Source: Coleofasciculus sp. B1-GNL1-01 (GTDB taxonomy: Bacteria > Cyanobacteriota > Cyanobacteriia > Cyanobacteriales > Coleofasciculaceae). Taken from it: a stretch of DNA of 64,000 nt. This document shows, piece after piece, positions 1 to 10,280 of the stretch (position 1 is its first letter; every line of letters begins with the position of its first letter). The notes beneath the pieces were generated by a model. That model was not told the origin of the DNA. It saw only the letters and a list, made by a program, of their open reading frames with translations, and searched no databases. The DNA is taken from NCBI GenBank assembly GCA_040220235.1, contig JAVJTO010000051.1; one strand, given 5' to 3'. A program made the translations under genes and the position numbers.

Positions 1-725
1 ATACGTCAAGTTAATCGTTTAGAATTAGTTGGCGAAACCCTAAGAGCCACACTGAATCAAATAGCTAAACTTGCACCGGAATGGCTACAAGAAATTATAT
101 CAGAAGACGGGTTTGACCGATACAGTGAGCGATTTGAGAATTATCGGTTACCCAAAGAGAAAACCAAACGGGAAGAAATAGCATTGTTAATTGGCAGGGA
201 TGGACACCATCTCATGGAAAAGTTATGGAGTGAAGATGACCCACAAGCCGAAAAGTTGCGTCAAATTGAGAGCGTAGCCACCTTAAGACTGGTGTGGATT
301 CAACAGTATGTATTTATAGAGGGAAGATTGTTATGGAGGAAAAAAGAAAAAACGGGATTACCTCCCAACTCAATCTCGATTGAATCGCCCTATGACACGG
401 AGGCAAGAAAGGGAAAAAAAAGAGAGAAAACTTGGACAGGATATAAAGTTCACTTGACGGAAACTTGTGACCCGGACACGCCAAATATAATTACCAATGT
501 AGAGACAACGGTAGCGACAACTCCCGATGGTGTCTTGACATCATTAATTCATCATAAATTAGCCGAAAAAGACTGGCTACCGAGGGAACACTATGTGGAT
601 GCTGCTTACGTTGATTCCTATCAATTAGTGGAAAGTCATCAAGCTCATCAAGTTGAGCTTATGGAGTGTTAAAAGCTCAAACTCGGATAAGTTCATTTGC
701 CCGCCTACGCAGGCAGTACGCTTAA
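1..725 (+). pseudogene. IS1182-family transposase, cut by the window edge and internally deleted
   Basis: Frame open from base 1 (IRQVNRLELVGETLRATLN) with SPYDTEAR and WTGYKVHLTETCD motifs. It stops at 672. Another frame at about 663-725 reads GVLKAQTRISSFARLRRQYA*, resembling this family's C-terminus, which implies an internal deletion. Confidence 0.75.
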
Positions 726-1078
726 TCAATCTTAGCTATTTTGAAGAAATATATTATATCTATATATTTATCAATGCCGAGAGAGGAACGCAATTTATAC
801 GCCTCAATTTGAGGGTTGTTTAGATGCGCCCTAAACTGAAGTATTTTCGGACAAATATACTAAATCCAGCATTAAGCTTTATGCCGTAATAGTTTTAGCG
901 TTCATCCCCAAACATACATAAGTAACCCGCAGCTTGGTATTCGCGATCGCGCTATTATTGGTAACCGACATTCTTAGGGAGTTGAATTAACACTATATCA
1001 AGGTTTCTACGGCAAAATACTTGTAAGGCTCCCCATATTGTTCCCTACCCAAATCCGAATGGATTTAAATTTGAGACG

Positions 1079-2126
1079 GTGCAGCCCGGAGCGATTATTA
1101 ATGCGGGTGATTTAGAGGTATCAGAAGGACAGAATCTTGCGCTGATTGGTGGCGGGGTGCTGAGTACGGGGAGTTTGACAGCACCAGACGGTAATATTTC
1201 AGTGATGACAGTACCGGGAACGAGTCGGGTACGGTTGACTCAAGAGGGACAGCTTCTGAGTTTGGAGGTTGAATTACCGACAGATAATCAGGGGAATTTG
1301 TTGGCGATTGAACCGTTAATGTTACCGGAATTGTTGACGAATGGGGGTGTGGTTGAAGCGACGAGAATCACGGCGGCGGATGTGGAAGCAGAAGCTGGAG
1401 ATATTGTTGTTAATCAGGTAACAGGATACACAGCAACGTTATCGGCTGAAGGGGATATAACCTTAGTTCCGGTTGGGGAAGGCGTTGCACCTTCTTTGGT
1501 AACAACGGGGGATTTAAATCTATTGGCGAAGGATACAGTATTGGTAAGGGATAACCACACCAGTCCTTTTTTAGCCCAAGCCGGGGGGAATCTTTATATT
1601 CAGGGGAATAATGGAATTGATATTCTGGCGCTGAATCATCCAGACACCCCGTTTGTGAGTGGGGGAAATCTGAGTTTAGTCAGTGATGGCAAGATTTCCA
1701 GAGATGCTCATTTTACCAGTGGTGGTAATATTTCGATTCTCAACTTATCTGGAGAACCAATGGGCGAGGAGAGAATCAGAAGATGCTGGTAGTGCTGGCA
1801 ACATTACTATTACCAGTCAAGCAGGTTCAATAGATATAAGTGGTGGAAAAATAGATACTGATGCTGGTACTGGTTCTCCCAACGCCAATGGTGGTGATGT
1901 CACAATCACTGCATTTGGTGACATCATTACAGGTGACATTGAAGCAAGAGGTGAATTAAGCGGTGGAGAGATTAACCTCACTAGCACCGGAGGCGGTATC
2001 GATACCAGCGTTGGCACTTTATTTACATCCTCAGATAATGGTGACGGCGGTTTAATCACCCTTGAGGCTGAAAACGATATCATAACCGCCACGATAGAAT
2101 CCTCTGTCGGTCAAACGCCGGAGTGA
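1079..2126 (+). pseudogene. Frameshifted 5' fragments of a filamentous-haemagglutinin-repeat/CHAT protein gene
   Basis: ORFs 1079-1792 and 1683-2126 carry GGxIxLxA beta-helix repeats (QPGAIINAGDL, GNITITSQAGSI). Frame breaks near 1760 and 2123. No signal peptide or complete N-terminal domain. Confidence 0.7.
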
Positions 2127-5017
2127 TAAACACTAGCGCTGGTACTCTATCAACAGTCTCTGGTAGCCAAAGTGGTGCAGTCAGTCTGGAAGCGAGTGAC
2201 GATATTATCACAGGTAATATCAACTCATTTGGCGAATTAGGTAGTGGAGATATTGATCTGATCAGCAATAGGGGTAGTATTAATGCTACTGGAGGTTTTC
2301 TAGATACATCTTCTGTGGATGGTCAAAGCGGTAATATTACTCTTGAGGCTTCAGCAGGTAGCATTACCATAAATACCGTCAAAGCAGGTTTAAGCGCCAC
2401 CGATACAGGTACAGGGAGTGGCGGAAATATTACCTTTAAAGCAGGTGGAGATATTATCGCCGAAGCAGACATCTTTGCAGGTGTACGCTTTGGCGAAGGC
2501 TTTGGGGGGAATATTACAATTACCAGCAGTAATGGCAGTATTAATACTAGCGCTGGAACCCTTAACTCATCCTCAGAAAATGGCGCGAGTGGCGCGATAG
2601 TTATTGACGCGGCTGACGAGATTAACGCCAGTGAAATTGATGCGAGTTCTACCAATGGGAGTGGCGGTAAAATTGACCTCTCGGCTGGAAATCAGATCAC
2701 AATTAGCGACGCGATACGATTCGGTTCAACTGACAAAGGTGGCGATAGTCTAACCCTGAATACTCCGGGAGACATTACCCTCCCCGAAACCCTTTCTATC
2801 GGTGGTGCGGATATTATCGCGGGAAATACTAATCCCCTGAGTAATCTTGTTTTCTCTTCAGATGAGAGTCTCAACACCGAGGGAGGAAGTCTTTCTCTTA
2901 CCTTCGCAGAGGGTTTCAGCTTAAATAACGCTATCTCCACTAGAGGCGGTGATTTGAGCGTGATCGGCGCTAAAGCGCAACTACGAGCGGGCGCGATCGC
3001 ACTCCAATCTCCTATCGATACGGATGGCGGTACGATTACGATAACCGGAAATACCATCGACGCGATCGCAGCCACTCTGGATTCCTCTTCTACCACTGGC
3101 GCAGGCGGTAATATTTCCCTGATAGCGGAGAATAACCTATTGGCGGGAACCCTCGACACTTCAAGTACCACGAGTGTTGGCGGTGATATTAGCCTGGAAA
3201 GTCAAACAGGTGCAGTCGAAAGCGGTGACTTAATCGCAACGGGAGAAACAGGGGGGGGAAATGTTACCGTTACAGCACGCGATCGCATTATTACCCAAGA
3301 AATCAATACCAGTTCATTATCAGGAAATGGCGGAACTGTCAAGTTAGACCCCGAAAATGGGATTCAAGTTACCCTAATTGACGCCCAAGGGGGTACAGAA
3401 GGAACAGGCGGAACCGTTGATATTACCACCGAACAATTCTTCCAGGCGACTGGCACATTTAGCGACCAAAATAACATCATTGCCAGCATTTCTACGGCGG
3501 GGGGTGTTGGTGAAGGGACAATTATTATTCGCCATGATGGTGGAGCCAGAGGAATATCCTTTGATGTTGGTGATGCTACGATAAACGGTACGGCTGGAGC
3601 CTTAACAACCAGCGCCAATAACTCAATCTTACCCTTCCAATCCTTTCCGGGTCCCTACAGCAAAGGTGCGATTCAAATTATTACCACTCTCGACTTTCTA
3701 CAACAATTCCAAGACTTATTACCCCAAGCTGAACCGCCGCAATCTCTCACCGTTACACTGAACCGTCGCGGTTTCCCCTTAGAAGAATTATTTACCCGCG
3801 AATTTGAACAATATCTAGGAATCTTCAATCCTTCCGTTAGCAGTTTAAGGCAAATTCGGATAACCTTGAGCAAGATTGAATCCGCCACAGGTCAAAAACC
3901 CGCTCTAATTTATACCGTCTTTTACCCCACCCGAATTACACCAAACTCCGGTTCTTTAACTAATCCCGTTCCCCAAGATAATGACCAACTGCAACTGGTT
4001 GTCGTTACACCAACTGGGGAACCCATCTTTATGCCCATTCCCGGTGCAACTCGCGCTACTGTTCTAGCGGAAGCTCAAAAATTACGCCGTGCGATTACTA
4101 ATCCAATTACACGCAGTACCAACCGTTATTTAGCCCCAGCCCAACAACTGTATCAATGGATAATTGCCCCAATTGAAGACCAATTACAAACCCAAGGGAT
4201 TCAAAATCTCAGCTTTATCATGGATGGGGGATTGCGTTCCATTCCCTTACTGGCTCTCCACGATGGGGAACAATTCCTGATTGAAAAATATAGTGCGGGT
4301 TTAATGCCTAGTATCAGCTTAACCGATACCCGCTATCGCGATATTAATGACTTCCAAGTTTTGGCAATGGGAGCCTCTGAATTTACCGACGCCAACCCCT
4401 TAAAAGCTGTCCCGGTAGAATTAGCCGCGATTACCCAAGAACTATGGCAAGGAGAATCCTTCCTCAACCAAGAGTTTACCCTGGAAAACCTAAAACAAGA
4501 GCGTCAACTACAACCCTTTGGGATTGTCCACTTAGCCACTCATGGTGAATTTAAATCGGGACGCCCGGAAAACTCTTATATTCAGTTATGGGATACCAAA
4601 CTACGCCTTGATCAACTGCGTGAGTTAAAGTTGTATGAACCCACAGTAGAATTATTAGTTCTAAGTGCTTGTCGCACCGCCGTGGGGGATGAAGAAGCGG
4701 AATTAGGCTTTGCGGGATTAGCGGTACAAGCGGGGGTAAAATCGGCACTGGGGAGTCTCTGGTATGTCAGCGATGAAGCGACATTGGGATTAATGACCGA
4801 ATTTTATCGTCAGTTAGAGACAGCACCGATTAAATCCGAAGCGCTGCGACAGGCGCAACTAGGAATGATTCGGGGAGAAGTGCGGTTAGAAGAGGGGAAA
4901 TTATTGGGGAGTGGGGAGAGTATTACGCTACCGCCAGAATTAGCAGAGATTGGGGATAAAGACTTATCTCATCCCTATTTTTGGTCAGCGTTTACGATGA
5001 TAGGTAGTCCATGGTAA
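2123..5017 (+). CDS. CHAT-domain (caspase-like peptidase) protein with haemagglutinin-like repeats; 3' part of the broken gene
   Basis: GGNIxLxA repeats followed by CHAT motifs VHLATHG, LVLSACRTA, GSLWYVSD, HPYFWSAF. Confidence 0.85.
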   Translation: MINTSAGTLSTVSGSQSGAVSLEASDDIITGNINSFGELGSGDIDLISNRGSINATGGFLDTSSVDGQSGNITLEASAGSITINTVKAGLSATDTGTGSGGNITFKAGGDIIAEADIFAGVRFGEGFGGNITITSSNGSINTSAGTLNSSSENGASGAIVIDAADEINASEIDASSTNGSGGKIDLSAGNQITISDAIRFGSTDKGGDSLTLNTPGDITLPETLSIGGADIIAGNTNPLSNLVFSSDESLNTEGGSLSLTFAEGFSLNNAISTRGGDLSVIGAKAQLRAGAIALQSPIDTDGGTITITGNTIDAIAATLDSSSTTGAGGNISLIAENNLLAGTLDTSSTTSVGGDISLESQTGAVESGDLIATGETGGGNVTVTARDRIITQEINTSSLSGNGGTVKLDPENGIQVTLIDAQGGTEGTGGTVDITTEQFFQATGTFSDQNNIIASISTAGGVGEGTIIIRHDGGARGISFDVGDATINGTAGALTTSANNSILPFQSFPGPYSKGAIQIITTLDFLQQFQDLLPQAEPPQSLTVTLNRRGFPLEELFTREFEQYLGIFNPSVSSLRQIRITLSKIESATGQKPALIYTVFYPTRITPNSGSLTNPVPQDNDQLQLVVVTPTGEPIFMPIPGATRATVLAEAQKLRRAITNPITRSTNRYLAPAQQLYQWIIAPIEDQLQTQGIQNLSFIMDGGLRSIPLLALHDGEQFLIEKYSAGLMPSISLTDTRYRDINDFQVLAMGASEFTDANPLKAVPVELAAITQELWQGESFLNQEFTLENLKQERQLQPFGIVHLATHGEFKSGRPENSYIQLWDTKLRLDQLRELKLYEPTVELLVLSACRTAVGDEEAELGFAGLAVQAGVKSALGSLWYVSDEATLGLMTEFYRQLETAPIKSEALRQAQLGMIRGEVRLEEGKLLGSGESITLPPELAEIGDKDLSHPYFWSAFTMIGSPW

Positions 5018-5036
5018 ATAAGTAGGGTCTGCTGAA

Positions 5037-5232
5037 TACAGCAGTTTGCTCTGCTATGCGGTACATTGTCGATCCCCCTAAATCCCCGTGCCAAAAAAGC
5101 GAAGCATCCTCTGGTTTCCCCGTGCCAAAAAAGCGAAGCATCCTTTTGCTTCCCCCTTAAAAAGGGGGACGGGAGGGGGATCTGAAGGGGGACTTTGATC
5201 TACTGTATTTTATTACAGCGCAAAGAGCTGTA
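5037..5232. mobile_element. MITE-like element with imperfect 29-bp terminal inverted repeats and TA ends
   Basis: TACAGCAGTTTGCTCTGCTATGCGGTACA (5037-5065) versus the reverse complement of 5204-5232 (20/29 match). Internal 27-bp direct repeat at 5084-5110 and 5118-5144, and a CCCCCTTAAAAAGGGGG palindrome. Confidence 0.55.
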
Positions 5233-5332
5233 AGTCTTGTGGGAGGATAGGGAGCAGGGGAAGCAGGGGAAGCAGGGGAAGCAATGTAGAGACGTGCCAT
5301 GGCACGTCTGGGAACAGGGAACAGTTTTAGGG

Positions 5333-5854
5333 TTAAATTCCCCACCATAAGAGTCCACCCACTAATGCAGCAATAACAACCAGAGCCACCCAGATAAACT
5401 GATTATCTTTGGTATTAACCGTACTCAGATCGATCGCCTCCGGTTCAACTGACTTTTTCAAACTGGGATTGCTTCTAGTCACCCCACTACCTCGGCGATC
5501 TCTAGGATCACTTTCAGAAATAGCACCTAAATCAGGAATCTTGGTCATCCATTCTTCGGGTCGCTTGAGTTGGGGGGCTTGGAGGATGTAGAGTAAGCCT
5601 GTGGACTGTTTGCGAATCTCCAGGTCAGGATGCTTGGTTAATTGCTGACCGAGGGCGATCGCTTCAGTTTGCTGTCCGGCGGCTTCATAAGCTGTAACTA
5701 GCCACATTTGCGCCTCTCCGCCGACGCGAGAATTGCGGTTGATCAAGGTGCAGGCTTTTTCGAGATGCTTCACCGCCGTGCGATAGTCCCCTCGCTCAAA
5801 GGTAGCTTGTCCGGTTTGGTATTCGATGCGGAATTGTTCTTTGTCATTGGTCAT
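5333..5854 (-). CDS. TPR-repeat protein with C-terminal membrane anchor
   Basis: YQTGQATFERGDYRTAVKHLEKA TPR-like helices and a hydrophobic C-terminus. The exact start is uncertain because it lies in GTCATTG repeats. Confidence 0.75.
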   Translation of the reverse strand: MTNDKEQFRIEYQTGQATFERGDYRTAVKHLEKACTLINRNSRVGGEAQMWLVTAYEAAGQQTEAIALGQQLTKHPDLEIRKQSTGLLYILQAPQLKRPEEWMTKIPDLGAISESDPRDRRGSGVTRSNPSLKKSVEPEAIDLSTVNTKDNQFIWVALVVIAALVGGLLWWGI

Positions 5855-5866
5855 TGGTCATTGGTC
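5843..5866. repeat. 7-bp short tandem repeat (GTCATTG, STRR-type)
   Basis: Three and a bit copies. Related arrays occur near 22377-22401, 43663-43715 and 47041-47092. Confidence 0.8.
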
Positions 5867-6141
5867 AAAAACTTGACATCATTATTTAGACACTAAGTTA
5901 GTGCCATTGGATGAAGTTGTATCTGGCTGTTGGGTTGTATATTGAAATTACACGAAAACCTGCCGGAATTAAAGCGCTAAGGAACTAATGGGTCAACCTG
6001 ATATTCGCGTAAGGTTGGACTGACATCCGTATTCAGCTTGGATAGGTACACTGATAAGGGAATAGGATTGCCGGATACAGGATAAATTTTGCGCTTCACT
6101 AAATCGCTGACTCGCTATATAACCTATTTTGAGGTGAAATA

Positions 6142-6606
6142 ATGCTGAAATTTTCTCTCCTGCAACACCGTTGGCTGAACATTATGCTCACGCCTTTAAC
6201 CGTGGGAGTCGCTTGGATGATAGTGGGGGATAGCGCTGTAGAGGCTAGACCCATTCAGTCATCACGCTGTTCTTCAGTGATTTACGGTAGCCCAATTCCA
6301 GCGCCAGTGCCAGTTAATCCAGTCACCGGACGACCTTGTACTTTTTCCTCTGGAGGTTCATCCTATCGCAATTATCGCGATCGCGACTATCGTCGATATA
6401 AAAAACCGATTCGGGGAACCATTCGTGATTCTACGCTAATTAACCCCACGATTATCGATTCCACGATTTCCGATTCTGTCCTGGTTGACCCTGTGATTAT
6501 TGATACACCCCGGTCTACCAGACGCCGATCGCGATCCGGTAGAGTCCGCATCCAACGCTCAGAGGTGATTGATCGCTCTTCGGGAATCCGGATTCGGATT
6601 CGGTAA
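6142..6606 (+). CDS. Hypothetical secreted protein
   Basis: GAGG RBS, signal-peptide-like N-terminus (AVEA), IxDSxLxNPxII repeats, Arg-rich tail. Confidence 0.65.
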   Translation: MLKFSLLQHRWLNIMLTPLTVGVAWMIVGDSAVEARPIQSSRCSSVIYGSPIPAPVPVNPVTGRPCTFSSGGSSYRNYRDRDYRRYKKPIRGTIRDSTLINPTIIDSTISDSVLVDPVIIDTPRSTRRRSRSGRVRIQRSEVIDRSSGIRIRIR

Positions 6607-6847
6607 TCATTCCTAACGATAGAATTGTACTAAGTAGTCGGACTTTCATTAAAGTTTACGGTTAAGATTAGGGAACTCACGGGCAGGGAACAGGAACAAG
6701 GACTTGAGGTTTTTTACAATTCTTAACTCAGCCCAACGAACTTTATATCCAGGTACTTACGCTAGTTTCTCCGATTAAACAGAAGCAGCAATAGACTGAG
6801 ACGACGTGTTTCAGTTCTCTAGACGATTTGAATTGAACTTCAAGCCA

Positions 6848-7867
6848 ATGCCAGTTACTACCAAAACTCAGCGAACTAGTCGTTTTATCGATCCCTGGTC
6901 TTATATTGCTCTGGGAGCAGCAGGATTAGTGCTACTGGCATTGATGGGGTCTCAGTTTTTCTATAAAAAGCTGGTATCGGAGAGGGTATCTGTTGAGCCA
7001 GAGGCATCGGTTGAACTCGAGTCGATACAACTCGAACCTCGGCTGGTTGGTGCGTTGCGGATTGATGTGAGAGCATTGCTGCCAAGCAATACCTGGGTGA
7101 TCTACGAAATTCAAATTCTTGACCAAAATGGAGACGTGATCGCCTCAGCAAGGAAGGAAGCCTGGAGTGAGTCGGGGACGTGGTACGAGGATGGAGAGTC
7201 AGGGAGTTGGTCGGAATCGGATTTGCAGGGAGGACTCGACGTTCAGGCAAAGAAAAATGAGCAAATAACCGTGGCAATTGCCGTGTTGGGGTATGGTAAC
7301 ACCTCTGGACAAGAACTCGAACAACCTGTGGGATTTAAGGTGACAGTGGAAAATGGGGTGGTTGATACCCGCTATTTGTGGTCAGGTTTAATCGGTTCGA
7401 CAATTCTGGGAATTATCGCGATCATTGCCACACCCGTGTCAGGGAAAACCGCGATCGCGAAAACAATTCAGGATAGCGATCCCAGTGGACGCGCTACGGT
7501 GGGAGGGGCTGATCAACTCGTGCGGGTCAAGATCAATGTTAAAGCTGACGAAACCTCACCCCGACAACTCACCGCCCGTCTGGTGATTAATGATGCTTAT
7601 GGGGAACAAGTCTATGCCCGTGCTATGCCTATGCATTTCATCTTGGGAACAGAAGATACCAGGAGGCATCAACTCCAATGTTTTTTCACCTTAGACCCTC
7701 GCAGTTCTTATGGGTTTCATGTCGAGGTGACGCCAGATGCACCCGTGGATCAGACCAAGCTGACGGTGCGCGATCGCAACCACACTCTTGTTCCCGTTGA
7801 GGTTGTTCATATTCGCCCATCTCCTTTATCGGATTTATCGGATCATCCCCAAGATAAACATGCCTGA
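6848..7867 (+). CDS. Membrane protein resembling the C-terminal part of long DUF4178 proteins
   Basis: Two hydrophobic segments, a WYEDGESGSWSES motif, first gene of the speE-like cluster. ATG 6848 is preferred over GTG 6806. Confidence 0.6.
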   Translation: MPVTTKTQRTSRFIDPWSYIALGAAGLVLLALMGSQFFYKKLVSERVSVEPEASVELESIQLEPRLVGALRIDVRALLPSNTWVIYEIQILDQNGDVIASARKEAWSESGTWYEDGESGSWSESDLQGGLDVQAKKNEQITVAIAVLGYGNTSGQELEQPVGFKVTVENGVVDTRYLWSGLIGSTILGIIAIIATPVSGKTAIAKTIQDSDPSGRATVGGADQLVRVKINVKADETSPRQLTARLVINDAYGEQVYARAMPMHFILGTEDTRRHQLQCFFTLDPRSSYGFHVEVTPDAPVDQTKLTVRDRNHTLVPVEVVHIRPSPLSDLSDHPQDKHA

Positions 7868-7930
7868 TCCAGCACTCGTTCACTGTCTGAGTGAGAACTC
7901 AAAACTCTGTTTATTCTAGGAGTTTAACTA

Positions 7931-8161
7931 ATGTTAACTAAGATTTTTGCTGGGGCTGCGATCGCGATCGCCCTCTTGACAATTACAGCCGGATATACTC
8001 AGCGTTCTGCCCTCGTCCTACGATCCGAGAAACAGGATAACTATTGGCCCCGACATGGAACAGGATTATCGGGCGATTATCGTGGCGGAACCTGGATTAT
8101 TCTACCCAATCGGTCATCTTATAGGGGGTTTCGTGGCGGCGGTCCAAGTGCAGGAAAATAG
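7931..8161 (+). CDS. Small membrane-anchored or secreted protein with Gly-rich C-terminus
   Basis: AGGAG RBS, N-terminal hydrophobic helix, ends FRGGGPSAGK. Confidence 0.7.
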   Translation: MLTKIFAGAAIAIALLTITAGYTQRSALVLRSEKQDNYWPRHGTGLSGDYRGGTWIILPNRSSYRGFRGGGPSAGK

Positions 8162-8380
8162 GGATTCGTCATTTGTCATTTGTCAAAACACTGATTTCAC
8201 GGATTTATTGGAGAGATAGGGGTAGGGAGGTGAGAGCTTATTGACACTGATTACACAGACAAGGAAAGTTCTCTCATTTTCCCCATCTCCCTCATCTCCC
8301 TCATCTCCCCCAGCTCCCCCATCTCCCCCTGTTCCCAAGTCCTTGACACACATTGATAACTGATGACTGACTAAAAATTC

Positions 8381-9973
8381 ATGGCAGATCAAGGAGTCTC
8401 AACAGACAACTCCAATGTTGAACCCGTCACTCAACCCCCGGTTTCATCATTAAATCGGCTGCAACGTCGGCTACTTTTGGCGGCGGCGGCGGTTTCCTCT
8501 AGCTGTGGATTAGCGGTTGAACTTTTACTGGGAACCCTGGCTAGCTATTTAGTAGGGAATCAAGCGCTGTCTTTTGGAGTAGCCGTGGGTGGCTTTTTAG
8601 CCGCCATGGGGATTGGCTCTTACTTAAGTCAGTTTATCGCCTCCAAGTCCCCTCCTTGGCTCCAACAACGCCAACTCCTGGTGGCATTTGTTCAGGTTGA
8701 ACTGCTAATGGCTCCCCTGACAGCATTATTACCCTTAGGACTATTTGCCCTATTTGTGGTAAACGGTTTCCTCTGGTTGGGATTATTCCTGGTCACTATA
8801 TTACTGGGCATTTTAGCGGGTTTAGAAGTTCCCCTACTGACGCGAGTGCTGGAATTAGAGGAGGGAGTGCGGGAGGCGCTGGCTGGGGTTTTGGCGCTGG
8901 ATTATGTCGGCGCGTTGTTGGGTTCGCTGCTGTTTCCCGTCTTGCTATTACCGCTAATTGGCTTATTTCCCGCCGCTTTTGTGCTGGGCGCATTACCCGC
9001 CTTTATGGTGTTTGCTATTGGACAGCAGTTTCCTCGGCTGCGCCGTTGGGGATATCTAGGCTTAGGTTTAGGCGTTATTCTGACATTATCCGCACCCGCC
9101 GCGATTCCCATCAGTAATCGGCTGGAAAATACGTTGTATCAAGCCCCGGTGATTACCCGGATTCAATCTCCCTATCAACGGATTGTCTTGACGCGCCGAG
9201 GACAAGATTTGCGATTGTTCTTGGATGGGGATTTACAACTGTCCACCTTGGATGAGTACCGCTACCATGAAGCCTTAGTACATCCGGCGATGAGTGCGAG
9301 TCAGAATAGGCGTCGTGTGCTAGTCATGGGTGCAGGGGATGGGATGGCGCTGCGGGAAGTGCTGAAGTGGGAAGAGGTGGAACAGGTGGTGCTGATTGAG
9401 TTAGATGCTGAAGTGGTCAAGTTAGCCGAGTCTCATCCCCAGTTGGTGCGGTTAAATGGGGGGGCGTTAACTGATCCGCGTGTTCAGGTGATTAACGGCG
9501 ATGCTTTTGTTACAGCACCTACTTTAAATGAAACCTTTGATGTCATTATCGCCGATTTTCCTGACCCTGACCGAGAAGTGCTTGCCAAGTTGTATTCTGA
9601 AGGGTTTTACCAGCGTTTGTTACCGCGACTGGCAGAGAATGGCGTTTTTGTCACCCAAGCATCGAGTCCTTTTTTTGCCCCAGATGTTCTAAGCTGTATT
9701 GTAGCAACGCTATCGGATGTGGGATTATCAACTCATCCTTATGTGGTGGGTGTTCCCAGTTTTGGACCCTGGGGTTTTGTTTTGGCGTCGCGGCACTCGA
9801 TTCAAGCGGATAGGTTGACATTATCGGTGTCAACGCGCTATCTGACTGAGCCGATTTTGCAGCATTTATTTGAGTTGCCTGGGGATGTCCAAATAGGAAA
9901 TGTGCAGGTAAATCGCCTCTCTCATCCCGTGATTGTGCGGTATCAATCTGACCCTCGTTGGGCAGCCTATTAA
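8381..9973 (+). CDS. speE: Polyamine aminopropyltransferase (spermidine synthase) with N-terminal multi-TM domain
   Basis: About seven hydrophobic helices, then SPYQRI, LFLDGDLQ, DEYRYHEALVHP, GAGDG, DFPDP, VPSFGPWGF. Confidence 0.9.
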   Translation: MADQGVSTDNSNVEPVTQPPVSSLNRLQRRLLLAAAAVSSSCGLAVELLLGTLASYLVGNQALSFGVAVGGFLAAMGIGSYLSQFIASKSPPWLQQRQLLVAFVQVELLMAPLTALLPLGLFALFVVNGFLWLGLFLVTILLGILAGLEVPLLTRVLELEEGVREALAGVLALDYVGALLGSLLFPVLLLPLIGLFPAAFVLGALPAFMVFAIGQQFPRLRRWGYLGLGLGVILTLSAPAAIPISNRLENTLYQAPVITRIQSPYQRIVLTRRGQDLRLFLDGDLQLSTLDEYRYHEALVHPAMSASQNRRRVLVMGAGDGMALREVLKWEEVEQVVLIELDAEVVKLAESHPQLVRLNGGALTDPRVQVINGDAFVTAPTLNETFDVIIADFPDPDREVLAKLYSEGFYQRLLPRLAENGVFVTQASSPFFAPDVLSCIVATLSDVGLSTHPYVVGVPSFGPWGFVLASRHSIQADRLTLSVSTRYLTEPILQHLFELPGDVQIGNVQVNRLSHPVIVRYQSDPRWAAY

Positions 9974-9985
9974 TCATTAGTCAAT

Positions 9986-10253
9986 TGTAGGGGCGGGTTT
10001 AGGAACTACACTCAGCTATTGGTGAAATAACTGAACAATGAAACCCGCCCTAGCTAACTATTGCCCATTGCCTATTGCCTAGCGCGTAGCGCTATAACTG
10101 AACAACTTGCACCCGCCCTAACTAACCGATAACTGTTCAACAAAACCTGCCCTTCGTCGTGTAGGGGCGGGTTTAGGAACTACAGTCAGCTATTGGTAAA
10201 ATAACTGAACAACGAAACCCGCCTTAGCTAACTGTTAAACAAAACCTGCCCTT
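9986..10253. repeat. Cluster of GTAG-REP-like inverted repeats (REPIN-like)
   Basis: Two near-identical units GTAGGGGCGGGTTTAGGAACTAC...AAACCCGCC (about 9987 and 10161) plus a partial third. Confidence 0.75.
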
Positions 10254-10280
10254 CTCCATAAGTAGTCAGTCATAAGTCAG

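Noticed and set aside
672..1078. Group II intron or CRISPR leader
   Set aside because: No GUGYG start, domain V or repeats; the first part is better explained as the transposase C-terminus.
9986..10253. Repeated units as a CRISPR array
   Set aside because: Only two or three units, the spacer-like parts are near-identical, the structure is REP-like, and there are no cas genes.
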